Of a stretch of DNA of 64,000 nt, positions 27,701 through 40,557 are shown one piece after another. The notes beneath the pieces were generated by a model that saw only the letters and a list, made by a program, of their open reading frames with translations, searched no databases and had not been told where the DNA came from. The stretch covers positions 5,238,201 to 5,302,200 of the forward strand of contig NC_092679.1 in assembly GCF_964355755.1 (NCBI RefSeq), written 5' to 3'. The stretch is from Antedon mediterranea (taxonomy: Eukaryota > Animalia > Echinodermata). Position 1 is the first letter of the stretch. Each line of letters opens with the position of its first letter. The translations under genes and the position numbers were made by a program.

Positions 27701-28929
27701 AAGGAAGTGAACATAGTTATTATGCAAATTGTCAGAGTGATGACGTAATTTAATAAATGTGGGACGAGACACATACCAATATCTAGGTCTAAATCGATCA
27801 TGTATGTTATTCCTCCATTCAAATGTTCAATGTAAGAGTGAAAATGAGTTATTCTTCAGTTACATTTACTTCAAAAGACAAAACTGGGTTAATAAGATGT
27901 GTATTGTAAGATCCAGTTTTTTTATTTCTTTGGGCCGATGCTTAAAATCCACACTGGAATTAAACTAATACAATATTCGTGTAGCATTTGCGACAAGGAG
28001 GTCCGTTCGTTGAGTTGTACTACGCCCTTTGCCCGGTTATAAGAACCGCTGGTTTTTATTGAATGTAGAGACATTACAGTCAAAGAAAACATCTCAGTTT
28101 AGAATGGTCTAAATGGATACAAATGCTCATGTACATCAATCACAGTGACAGCTAACGTCACGTGTTATATATCACTCATAATTCCATTTGGCAGTCGTCT
28201 GTTCTTTGATTGGCGTGACGTGGATGTGGTTATTGTATGCTTAATTGCGGCGCTTTTCTCCTATCCTATATTGGCTGTCTAACATTTTTAGGATTAACTG
28301 TATAGTTTAGAAAACTAGGATATTTCTAAAGATGAAAAACATTTAGACCATCAATATGAGCTAAGTCCATTGTAATTTTATTATATATTTCAATAATTTG
28401 CTCTCGTTAGCAAAATAAAAAGTATAATTATATTAAAATAGGTAAAGAGGCTATTAATACATTGTATAGGCGGCGTCACAGGTACAAAAATAGCGAAGAT
28501 GGTATCATAATTAAATTACCATTACTATGAATTTACCATGGATTTCTTGACCAGCGCTCGTATCATGGTATCACAAACTTTATGTCAATATAAATTATGG
28601 GGCGTATATGTCAATATAGACATACCAATTGTTATACCCTTTTAATATTAAATCTGTGCCCTTTTTACAGTCGCTCTGTTGGGTTATATTCACCGAACCG
28701 TCAAATAATTTGGGTTGGATATCAGTGGTAGCAGTCGTTTCAAAAGAAGCAAATGAATATCGCCTAGAGCGGTTCATTACCGTATCTGCTGACAGACTTT
28801 TTCCAGTCAGTACAGTGTCCGAATCACACTCTCCTTCACAACTGACCTACTTATCTACTGGTTTACTGACTAAATACCGGTGTAGCGCCCTCTATATAAC
28901 TTTAACTTATTTCCAAAATATTAGATCAT

Positions 28930-29240
28930 CTTTTGAAAACTTTGCGGGACACTGGACTGGACACCTAGTATTTGAGAACCGGTATCACCAAGTTTATTTA
29001 TACACAAAAACCTGTCTCCTACACATGCTACGCTGAAATAGTAAATGTCTTTAATTTTCTTCACCTAACTTGGGTCTACTAAAGATTATGCTTACATTAT
29101 TACTCCTTTGAAAACCTATGCGGGATTAAACACAGAGTCTAGTATTTGAGGACCGATACTTAATATCAGCAAATTTCTTTAAAAAAAAAACTGTCCTAGA
29201 TATGGTAGACTAAAATATACATTTCTCACATTTTCTTTAA
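28930..29240. repeat. Degenerate tandem duplication, ~175-bp unit x2
   Basis: TTTGAAAAC..TGCGGGA...CTAGTATTTGAG(A/G)ACCG...AAAA(C)CTGTC occurs twice. Confidence 0.65.
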
Positions 29241-29878
29241 TAACAATTTAAGAAATACTGAGTTTATTACTGTAAAGATATATAGATCGAATTCATCACT
29301 ATTTCTACAGTCATTTTATAATTATTGTAATAATATACTCGTCATTCAGTATAACTAGTAAAATATCTTTGTTGATAATAAAAGACATTTATGAATAAAT
29401 GAACATCATTCAACTGAATACATATGTGCTGTAAAACAGGCAACCTTATACATCTTATTCGACATTCTTTAATTTCGTGTCATGAACATTTCTATCTTTA
29501 TCTATGTAACTTAATAGTACTTTCATCCGTTGAAATAATTACTGTAATCGTTTCTCCTCAATATCTTGTTACTGTGAAAAAGTATGTGTGACTTTATCGA
29601 CAATGAACGGACATCAATCGGTATTTATCAGTCCTTGACGATTGCTTTTAAATATTTGTCTTTCCAGTCTGTTTTATTTGTAATTTGTGACGTGACTAAA
29701 AAGAAGATTGCATTTTTGTATTTGAATATCCAACGAATAATCTTATTGACATTATTTAGTATTTCTATATGCCTCACTCATTTTCCATCTACCTGTACCT
29801 GCTGGTGGCCCGTATATACTGAATAAAATCTCTCATTGGAGAGAACTGATATATTTCAAAGAACCGTCTGATAGGCCT

Positions 29879-30075
29879 ATACAATTTGTACTGTACTTAC
29901 AAGTTGTAAGCCTACTCTAATAATATATTACTTCCATTTTTTGATGATGTCAAATCTATTTATTTTTCTCATATACAATTTGTACTGTATTTAAAAAATG
30001 TAATGTAAGCCTACTTTAATAATACTGTAGGCTACTTCCATTTTTAGATGATGTCAAATTTATTTATTTTTCTCA
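29879..30075. repeat. Tandem duplication, ~95-100-bp unit x2
   Basis: ATACAATTT(T)GTACTGTA...TGTAAGCCTACT...TACTTCCATTTTT.GATGATGTCAAAT.TATTTATTTTTCTCA occurs twice. Confidence 0.9.
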
Positions 30076-33000
30076 ATTGAATATCTAGTGTACATTTTAA
30101 TTAAGAAATACAAAAGATCGACCGAGTTTTAAACAAGATAAGGTCACATGATTCATTTGAATCAATCACAGCTAGCAAGCATTGTTAATAATGACGATTC
30201 TGATTATAAAGAAAAGATGCCAACGCGAAGAAACATATAAAGTAAGGGTCAATCACCGGACTGCAGGCTTTAATAAGGTCAATTGTGACACGACCATGTA
30301 CAACTGACCACCAAGGATAGGACAGTGGACAGCTGAATATGTCGATACTTGTAATGAGCGAGCGATGACCTGGTTCCTAATCAAATAAAGGTAGTTTGTA
30401 GGTTGGTGTAATTTACCGGTGTAGTGTTGCAATAAAGGTTATAGGCCTAATAATGGAAAGAATCTACTTTAAAGAACGTAGAAAAAAATAAATTCTGTAA
30501 AGTTAGTATTAACAACTAATTTTGATACTCTTATTAATAATTTGTTTGGGAAAATACATTTCTATAAATAATGCTCTCGTTTAACTTGAATAGTCCCGCT
30601 GTAATAATTTCTAAACGGGAGTAAAGATTAAATAATTTAAATATAAGTGTATGAACTTTTATAAAGTGAAAATTACAAATTCAGTTAAAATGGTTATCAA
30701 CAGGTTTTGTGGGTTATACCTCTTTGGTGGCCAAACGTGTAGAGATACTAAAGTAAATTGTTATTAAAGCCACTGACATGGAGGTCAATGTTATGGTCTC
30801 AAAACAAGCAGCTCATTAGCACCAACGACATAAGTCCCCCAAAACTGTTATCAAACTTAGTTTATCTGTTATGACATTGTGTCATTCGATCATAGCAACA
30901 GTGATTTGTTAACTACAAGGACAGGGCATAAATCACATCAAAAGTGATAATTCAACAATTTATTTCGAGAAACTACAACCATTTATTTTAGTTTGTTTGA
31001 AGAAATAGTTTGCAAACATATTTAAATTGATGCGCAGTTAACTGTTATTTATTTATGATGCTAAAGAAAACTTGCAACACTCTTTAATACATTCTTCTAA
31101 TTTACCATCTTCTAAGATTTATTCAAAATACGTAAAGGGTTAAAGTTGTTATTAACGGTCAAACATCGGTACATAAAACGAAATTAAATAAGACAGAGTA
31201 TAAATTACATCTGTTGTCTGAAAACTGAAATGATTTAAAACGTTTAGAAACAAGGAAAATATACCATCTCCGTATCGTACTGCATAATTGGTAGAGTTTC
31301 AATTGGTTAAAACGATTCAACAACTTCTTGTTTATGTCCCTACATCTCAAGATATAAAAAAACTATTGAATTTATCACTAGGCCTACGATACATTATTTA
31401 TACTATGCGTTGCTCGAGATGAGAAAACACTATTTGCCAACATACAGACAACATGTATGTAAACAAACTTTGAAATAGAGCTCAATTTTGATAGAAACAT
31501 AACTAATAAACAATTTAAAACAAATGAAAAGGGGAAGCAGCAAACAACGAGCGAATAATAAGTACAAGTTAAGACTAGTAAAGAGTAATGAGTTCCAGCT
31601 TTTCCCTGACCGAAGAGACGACCGGTACTCCGTTTTTATGTTTGAAAAATACGTACATAAATTTAACTATCATAAAAGTATAAACAGGTTGAATTCAGTA
31701 TAAAAGATTCTGATTTTGTAAAAACATTCTTAATTTTGAAGAATTTTTTTTGTTGCTATTTTTTAGACCAGGACCGGGGAAATCTGCAACATTTGTAAAC
31801 TCGTGTACGCGATTAGTTTGTTTAAAATACCCAGGATCGCTAACTCCATAAACAAACATCGCCTCAAGGTTCGTCTCCAGTTTAATTGATCCCACCAATC
31901 ACAACACTCTTTTAATTGAAATGTTAACGAGAGTCGTATTTTCTTACAAGTGAGAAAAATACCTTATTACAATCTGTCGCCGAAATGTCCAATGAGATAA
32001 ATAATAAAAATAATTACATGCATATACTTTGTGTTGTTTGTTTTAAAATAGGGCACACTTTTGTTTAAAAAAGTAAAGTTATTACAAAAAATACACAATA
32101 TGTAAGTCCTATTAAGTTCTGTAAACATTTGGAGTGCAGTGTACGTGTAAAGAGAACAATGGTTTCTGAATGATTTTGTAACATTTTAAAAATCTTTTAA
32201 TTGTAAATATTTAAAACAAACTAAAAAATGTATGAAAAACATTCAAAGAATAATTGCTGTTAACATATTACCGTATGCCTAATGATATGGGTTTGAAATT
32301 GTTCCTGGAACAACATAACCTGTATAATAAAAAATGAACTGTAGCAAAGGAGTATAAAACAACATAACAACGTTTACTGATTCGGACAAAAATGCGTAAT
32401 ATTTTGTTTTCAGTATATTATCAATTATCAACGCATTTTAGTGGTGTTTGATTGATTCACAAAATAACAGATAGGTTTAATTCATTATTTATGTTCGTGA
32501 TGATTTGTGCGTGTGTCACTGTTTTTGTTTGAGTAGATCCTTACGGAGCCCGATGCTGTATTACTTTCATTGACCTAATAATTGACTTATCAACAGAAAT
32601 ATTTTCCATTTCTTGTTTACTACAGTAAACATCTGTTGTCTGAGAAGTCAAAATGTGGCAACAAATTATCTTTTGCAGGTGAGGATGCGTTGTTATGATT
32701 GTAAACCTACAGGAATTATCAGCACATTTTCTATCAGACAGAAATAAAGAATGTATATAATATGTAATTTGTTTAAAATGTACACAATGTTATAACATAA
32801 GTGTTAGTTTCATGATAGTCTTGACGAATCATTCTAAAAAAAATATTTAAATCTCATGAATTTGGAACAAAATTATTATTTAAAACAATGATAAGGTAAA
32901 CGAATCAACTGGAATATGCTGACAGATTGAAAATCAATATTGTATTATTCATTTCATTTCAAAGACCTTACGAATAAGAAATAGAACATTAATTTATAAC

Positions 33001-34455
33001 AAGCCCAACATGTTCTTTTTAACGAATACAAAAGTTTACATAAATTCCATGCTTTCAAAAATTGTTCTTAAAATATTACTATTTTTGGTAAATATATTAA
33101 TTAAAATAGTAAATATATGGATTTTTTCTATAAAAAGATTGGTATTATACACCAATAATACCAGTCTTATCAATTTTGTTTTATAAATAGACCTATTATC
33201 AACAACTTATATTGTGTACAATTTCCTAACACGGCGTTGGATCTTGTTTCACTACGTTGGTTTTAAAAATAGTTTACAACTCAGATTTCATTTCACTCTT
33301 TTTTTATTTTTATAAGAATCTGAAATAAATTCCAAAACAGCCCATTAATACTTAATACTTGTTTTAATAAACACAGGTGTTACAACTGGTATTCTTGATT
33401 TGTGAAATTGGGACCCATGCGGCATTCTTTAGGCCTACTGCATTTTCAAACACCCCATCTATACTTTTCTGCCATTAGAGTCTACGGAATTCTGCTCGAT
33501 TTTCCCCACTCTACTCATTTTCGCGAACATATTTTGACGTATTACAACAGGGAATTTATTTAAAATAGTGAAAAAAAAAAAAACACACTGCTTATGAGTA
33601 GGTAATATAGGTCTAACTTCTACAAAATAACCAATATTTTTATTGTATGTATTGTCCAAATGTTCATAAATGAAGACAAACATTTTCTGTTTTGTCTCAT
33701 GCCTATTACTTGCTCCTGACAAGATGAAATGTAAATCGTACTTTTTAAGAACTTTTGCAGAATAAATATTATTATTATTAAATGCCATCTGAACAGAACG
33801 ATAGTTATTGATAGAAAATTGATATTTTTAAGACTTTTATACATTTTTGTTAAATTGGTAGACGATGACAATAAAATGGTTTCAGATAGCGACTTCAATC
33901 AACTGAATATTTTTCTAGGTCGGGTTGTTGTACCTTGTAAACAGTGAGAAAATTTTGGGTCGATCTTCAGACGCCGTCTGATTCTCATAACTTATTGAAT
34001 TATATAAATCAATTATAACTGATATTTTAAACTGGCAATGATTTGATACCAAAACAATTCGCAAACGATTTAATTTACTTTTTTACACAAGTGTAAATTG
34101 TAATGCACCGCAACACAAATAAACCTATCAAAAGGCTTAACAAGAAATACCAATAATTGTTGTTTATGACAATTAGAAACGGGAACATTTCACTGTTGGG
34201 ATTTGTTATTTATGGAAGTTTTAAAAACTGGCAGAGGTGTCAACTAGCGGGACAAGTATACTGTACCAAAAATTGTAAAGAGAAAATCCAGACGGGTATA
34301 GCACCTGTCTTGTATTGAATCCATCACTGTTATTGCAATCAAACGTCAACTCAACGCGTCAATCATAAAAATAATGACAAAACAATTGGTAGTTATTTTT
34401 GAAATAATTGTGGAAAACGCATGTTGAGTTTGCATTCGCTACGCGTTTGCGCTAA

Positions 34456-34615
34456 ACCTCTGTCTACACTATCAAACTAGTTTGACAAAAAAGTGTGACG
34501 TGCCCAAATACGGTAGTGATATGTCCAAATATGGTATTAATATGACATCATCATGTTCATATATGGGCACATCACATTTTGTTGTCACATAAAGTTTGCT
34601 AGCGTAGACAGGGCT
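34456..34615. mobile_element. PIF/Harbinger-like (Tourist-type) MITE, ~160 bp
   Basis: TAA-ACCTCTGTCTACACTATCAAACT ... AGTTTGCTAGCGTAGACAGGGCT-TTA. Extended internal inverted symmetry (GTGACGTGCCCA / TGGGCACATCAC). TWA flanks. Confidence 0.75.
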
Positions 34616-36269
34616 TTAGGCAAGATTTGACTAAATAAGTGCAACGAATCTTCCACTGAAAAAGCAGTAGCTTTTGACAGATCAGTCGGTTTTTATAGCA
34701 CAAGGGCAATGGAGATAATTTCTTCATGATTAAACAATGTTATTATCTAATCAGTTTTATATTTACCCTTTCTTTTATAATTAATAAGTTTCATCACTCT
34801 TTCCTGGTTTCACAGTGTAACCCCATGGAATATTAGGATAGGAACTAGGACGAAAACGTTTAGTGTATGTACTCCTCAAACTTTCATTCCTTTGCTAAAT
34901 AAGTTGTTCGTTTATTACTTATTATTTAAACTTTCCTAATATCTGTTAAAAACTTTGCTACCGGTACTAATGGTATTCAAATCACAGATATACTAAATTA
35001 AATTTTAAAAGTATGTATAACCCCAAAAACCATCTTTAATTCGGTTATTAATGTTCGCGCGTTAGAAAAAATGGTATTATCAAATAATTTGATTTATTAT
35101 TATTGCAGAATATTCAACATATACTGTTCAATGTCTTTTAAAGTACAACCAATTCATTGTAAAAGTAAACGACATAGCAAGGCGCCTAGCTGTTAGTCAG
35201 ATGTCCGTCAATCTCAATATCAGGAAATCTAAACCTAGGATTTCAAGCCTTGTTTTGGCATCTTTTACGTTCTGCACAAATGTGTGTACTATTTGGAAGC
35301 AGTCAAGACGCGTTGATATCTTTTAAATAATTATAGATACTTTTAAGTCATCGTTTCAACACCAAAAACGGAAACAGAACTTCTTCTTTTGAGAGAAACC
35401 AGATATATTCTATTGCTGCATTTCCAGTTACAAGTAATTAAATAGTAATTCTTTTGTGCGCGTGTTATTGGAATCATCAAACAAACTGAAAATATCTTTA
35501 AATAAAAAAAAAGTATTTGTCCAGAACCACAAAGAAAATAACACTATACTTATAATTATCATAACCTTTACAATTACAATTATTTATGATTATTTTATAG
35601 TAATCATTCATAATAGTATTTTAACTTGAATAATAATCAAGTATTAAAAGAATACAAGATTTAATATTAATAAAATAAAAGAAAGAACAATATGAAAATC
35701 GCCTACACTAACGAAAATACAGTAAATTAACAAATACTTTGTTTGATTTATTCTGATAAAAATGAGCAGTAAAATTAAACTAATTGAATCAGGATAGCCA
35801 AAGACAAGTTTGAAATAATCTAAAACTTTTTCCATTTGGACCCTTAACAATTAGAATTTAATAACAAGATATACATTGATAACAAACAACAAGCTCATGA
35901 TCAAACAGGAAAACAACGACATACTTACTAATGCAAATGCCGCACATTTCAATACTTTTAAAACAAAAGATAATTTTTTAATTAATGTTTCTGTTTTTAT
36001 TTTTTTCTCTCTTGTTTTTTCCTACGGCATTGATAAGAACACCTCTGAGGTGATACTTTGTTTCCTTTTTCTTTTCAAAAGAATTTATTTAGTTTAAGTT
36101 TACAATGATTGTATCTATTCATATTTAAAAAGTCCTTCCTTAACATATTTCCGCGTTGCTGGCTTATTCTGTAAGCCTGTGGATATAAAAGCAGCCTGGG
36201 TTCGTAGTTATTTCACCAAGTTCTTCAATCATAAAGTCTTTAACAATTTTTTTTTACGTGGAAACTAAA

Positions 36270-36283
36270 AGCGCCCTCTAGTG
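36270..36283 (-). promoter_or_regulatory. CTCF-like motif
   Basis: Reverse strand reads CACTAGAGGGCGCT, close to the CTCF core. Confidence 0.5.
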
Positions 36284-39200
36284 TAATATTGGAATATTTC
36301 CATTATAACAAACTAAAATTTTTAAATAACTGCAAAGTTTAAAAAATTGAAAAAAAAATTCAAATTATTTTTGTTGTTTGCAAGACAATTTCTAACGTCA
36401 TCCTCGATTCTATATCAATCAGGCTATACTTAACATGAATGTTTACTCAATGTTGGATTGAGTCCGTATCGTATCATGAATAGGCCATTCATGTTTATGT
36501 GTTAATGTGATGGAAATAATCATTTTAAAATGTTGAATGTAAAATGATATAGATAAAGTAATCCATACCTGTATTGGGGTCTCATGTGTAATAAATTTCG
36601 CCAATTTACAATAGAAAGTAGGAGAACATGTTTACATAACTGTAATTGATTTTCTAAAATAAATAAATGTTTTCCGAAACAAGGGGAGGGAGAGAAATGA
36701 AGATTTCTATTAGGTTAATCCAAACCACTAACCTATTTCTCCATGTCCTAATACAACATTCATGTCATTCTACCGTTAGTAAATAATTATACACAAATAA
36801 ATATTAAAACCTTTCAATGTGATAATATTATAATACTGTAATGTTGTTGGTAATAGTTGTAAATGGGTATGACATGAGTATGAATACAATGGTTATGATC
36901 TTATGAAAATACAGAGATAAATACGACAGTAGCACCTACAGACAAACCGACAGGTCCTCTAATTACCGTACCGATTTCCATAGTGGAAGATTTGCGGTGA
37001 TGATTACTCATGAAACTATTTGATATTTATGAAAAAAACGATGCTATTGACATGATGTCGATAGATATACTAAACCATAATGCCTAATCACGATTGAAGA
37101 AGATAATATAATTTGACAAATAATTATAACAAGAAATATTTCTTACAAAAAACGCTGCTCGCTTATTGAAAAATATTTTTTATTTCAAATGTTTTTGAAT
37201 GTGTCATTTTATTGTCACATAATAGATAGTTATTTTACCTGAAAAAACAAATACTTAAATTGTCTGTCAGACAATGGTTTTTGGGTTTCTTTTCATTTTT
37301 TATATGTGAATAAATATTACTTTTTTGTTACAGAAGTGAATACTCAATTTCTGTCACTTTAGTTAATTTTATTGCTAAGGTCAAATCTGGGGGTCACTTC
37401 ATCACCCTAGATATTTCAATTGTGAAGTATCCTATTACAAACACAAACTTTAATGGACTGTTTCGATAATAATTCAATGAATATCTGACACTGACAGTGA
37501 ATATAGGGATTTGTAATTTTAGCATGACATGTCCTAATAGACTCTTTCCCAGCCGTTTTTTGGGTCTACTGTAGCAGCTGGAATCAATAAATCATAGTGG
37601 AGTTTCCATTTTCACAAAACTGTCTGTCCTTAGAACTATAACTGCTGCTTGCTTTAGCTTCTGATTGAGTAGTCCTAATGGGACGTAGCGGGCTAGAGCA
37701 GCAGCGTGAAAAACCTGATCAAGTGGAACAAAAAGTATGTTTTACGTAACTAAGTAACCATGCGAACATAATGGTATATAAATAAGCCTATTCGGTGGTA
37801 ATATTGGAGGTAACCGGTGTGATGATAACGGTTGATAAAACACCTCTTGCAACTTCCATGGATATGATCTGGAAAAAACTTGAATATTGTAGCAGCAGTG
37901 TGTCTATTTCAGTTTCTGCTTGTAAGATGATATTGTCTATTTTTTGCACGAAATGTCTCAATTTTAGACATTCTTTTCTTCCAGACATCGGGGCATATCA
38001 TGAAGACTGTAGTACGGATATCTGATCATCAACCGACTGTAGGAATACTTTTCAATTCTAGGGGCCTATATATATCATAATAGGGCAAATAGACACTTAA
38101 AAAGTATTCAGACACCCTATGCATGCCTTTGAGTGTAATGTACATCTGGGTCTAAAATTTATCAAGTGACCTCAATTGAACCTGTCTAGAAAGTGTTAGC
38201 TACTGTGATACTTTCAACCGAAACTCGTTGTACAAATAGATCATATATTTCTTCAAGTAAACATCCAAGATCAAGTAAACGAATAAGAGAAAACGATACA
38301 CCATAATTGACCCTGGTAATGAGTTAGCGATTCACCGTCCTGCTTGCAAGTAAATACAACCATTCTCCGTCCACTTTCGCCTTTCAATTTCTCTTCATTA
38401 ATCAGAGAAAATGCGTTGGAAATGTGTAAATATTTGACACTAGTAAATATATTCGGGAGCATGTTCGTTGTGGTTGATTTAGGCGTGGAGAAATCAGTGA
38501 AGTCCACGTTTTTTTTAATGTAAATACACCGTATGTAGGTCGGGTCTTTAGGTGTCCGGCTTCTTAGCCCTCTCAATATCGAGACGATTAGTTCGTGCAA
38601 GTCCAGATTTTATTTGTTTTTGCCCATAACTATGTGTGTATGGTTGACCCTTGTGTACAGAAGAGAGGACGAGTGACCAAGGTCACTAGGTGTCACTGAA
38701 TGGACCTAGTTTTTAAAATTCAAGTAAGAAACAACTTATTACAGCTAACAACTACTGTTATTATTGGATTAAATTATTTTAACCATGGGACCACAAGTAA
38801 AATCATTATACATTACAATCTCATGACTGGCAGATACATAGCTTTAGTAGTCTGTATTCATTGTCCCAAGTTCAAGTTGTATACGTATGAAACGGCATAT
38901 GTGCCAAAATATTTATCTTTTGACCAATGTTAAGACAAAACTCCGTCTGGAACCCAGACTAGGCTTTTATGTAAATAGGTTTAAGATGATAAAACTGATC
39001 TCGATCTCCGTATAGCCATTGGTATTATGAAATGAACAATGACAACATGAAATGTTCAATTTTGTGGAATTCATTTTTCTTTTTAAATTAAAGTAAAATC
39101 CGTTGGAAAGTTACGGTAAAGTTTTAATTAAGTCCATTGCGGCTCACCTCTCTATACATTTCAGTCCATATGCTACTTTTTGGATCCATGGGCAAATTGC

Positions 39201-39587
39201 TGAAAATGTGAAATGATAGTGACTAGATCTGAATAGAGATACAATAAAATGAGCAGAAAACTAAATCAAAATAGTTAAAAAGAAACATTTTCTGAAAATA
39301 TGATATTAAGCATGTTCATAATATTAAATTATTAATTTCGTGTCCAACATATCATTTTTATTGTCGGTTTTCTTTTTCAATGACGAGAAAATTTGTAACA
39401 GAATATTATGAACATTATACATGAATAACATGAATATCATGACAATCTTGTTTGTTAATGTGTTCTAATAATCTGTAATGTAAGGCAATCTGGGGAACGA
39501 ATACATTATATATACACAGAGAAGAATACAATATTACTTTGAATAATTACTAAACCCAAAAATAAAATAAATATAATGCGACTAATT

Positions 39588-39706
39588 GAAACAAGGCCAT
39601 ATGCATGGCTGTAGTCCCGTGCTCAAGTTAGTGTTTACCGACCGACCACCAACCGACTGACTGACCGACCAACCGACCGACATAGTGAGCTGCAGAGTCG
39701 CGTGAC
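39588..39706 (+). mobile_element. Microsatellite-containing dispersed repeat (DINE/HINE non-autonomous Helentron-like), copy 1
   Basis: CATGGCTGTAGTCCCGTG...AGTTAGTGTTTACC-(GACC/AACC)n-GACATAGTGAGCTGCAGAGTCGCGTG; homologous to 54600-54700. Confidence 0.65.
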
Positions 39707-39856
39707 GAGAAGTGGAACAAAACAACAATGTAAGTGTTGTCAGTTTTAAGATTTACATGTAATATATATATATATTATTATGTTTTTTACATTCTGAACT
39801 ATATTAAATGCAGTAACATTTCAAACTAAACACTGGTCACACTCTGGTTAGTAAAG

Positions 39857-40056
39857 CCTGTTTTCCTGTCGACGTTATTTAACGCTATCGTTAACAATAA
39901 TCGGCGATCTTTTACGTAAACATTGAAATGTTAACGATTTACAGGAAAAGGTAATCGCTATCGTTATCATTTCAACTTGATCGTTTTCAAACGATCGTCG
40001 TTGAACTTGTAACGATCAACGACGATAGCGTCTACTAACGTCGACAGGAAAACAGG
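39857..40056. mobile_element. MITE with 21-bp perfect terminal inverted repeats, CpG-rich (Harbinger-like, tentative)
   Basis: CCTGTTTTCCTGTCGACGTTA (39857-39877) / TAACGTCGACAGGAAAACAGG (40036-40056), plus subterminal ACGCTATCGT / ACGATAGCGT and internal AACGAT/ATCGTT repeats. Confidence 0.82.
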
Positions 40057-40517
40057 TAAAGCTAGAAACAGATCAACCAAAGTTACCAAAACATACCGTC
40101 GATACCACAACGCCCTCTAACGGGGTTTACTTTTTAAGATTCAGCTTTTGATATTTCAGATGCGATACACTTTTTACCAGTTAAACATAGATCTGTAAAT
40201 TCTATAGAAAATTCCAATTAAGATAATTCATAGAATTTCATTTTGATAATAATAATAATAATAATAATTAGTTGTTATATAGTATTGAAATATAAATGCA
40301 TGTTTCCATAGGCCTAGCTCAAGTAATTTGAACCTCAACGCTCAAATGAAAACTTCAAACGGAAGTCTTTTTCAATTCAATACAGCCAATTGTGGTGAAG
40401 ATACATATTAATGTAATTACTTATCTGTTTTATGTTTTTAAATGTCGTTGATGTATGGTACTAATGTACGGCGCATCTATTAGGGCTTGTACACGTAAAA
40501 CTATTGTTATTTAATTC

Positions 40518-40557
40518 TATCTATCTATCTATCTATCTATCCATCTATCTATCTATC
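40518..40557. repeat. (TATC)n microsatellite, ~10 units
   Basis: Direct observation; one TCCA interruption. Confidence 0.95.

Noticed and set aside
8326-31871. Identical 15-mer CATCGCCTCAAGGTT at 8326 and 31857
   Set aside because: A few chance 15-mer matches are expected in 64 kb, and the flanks do not align.
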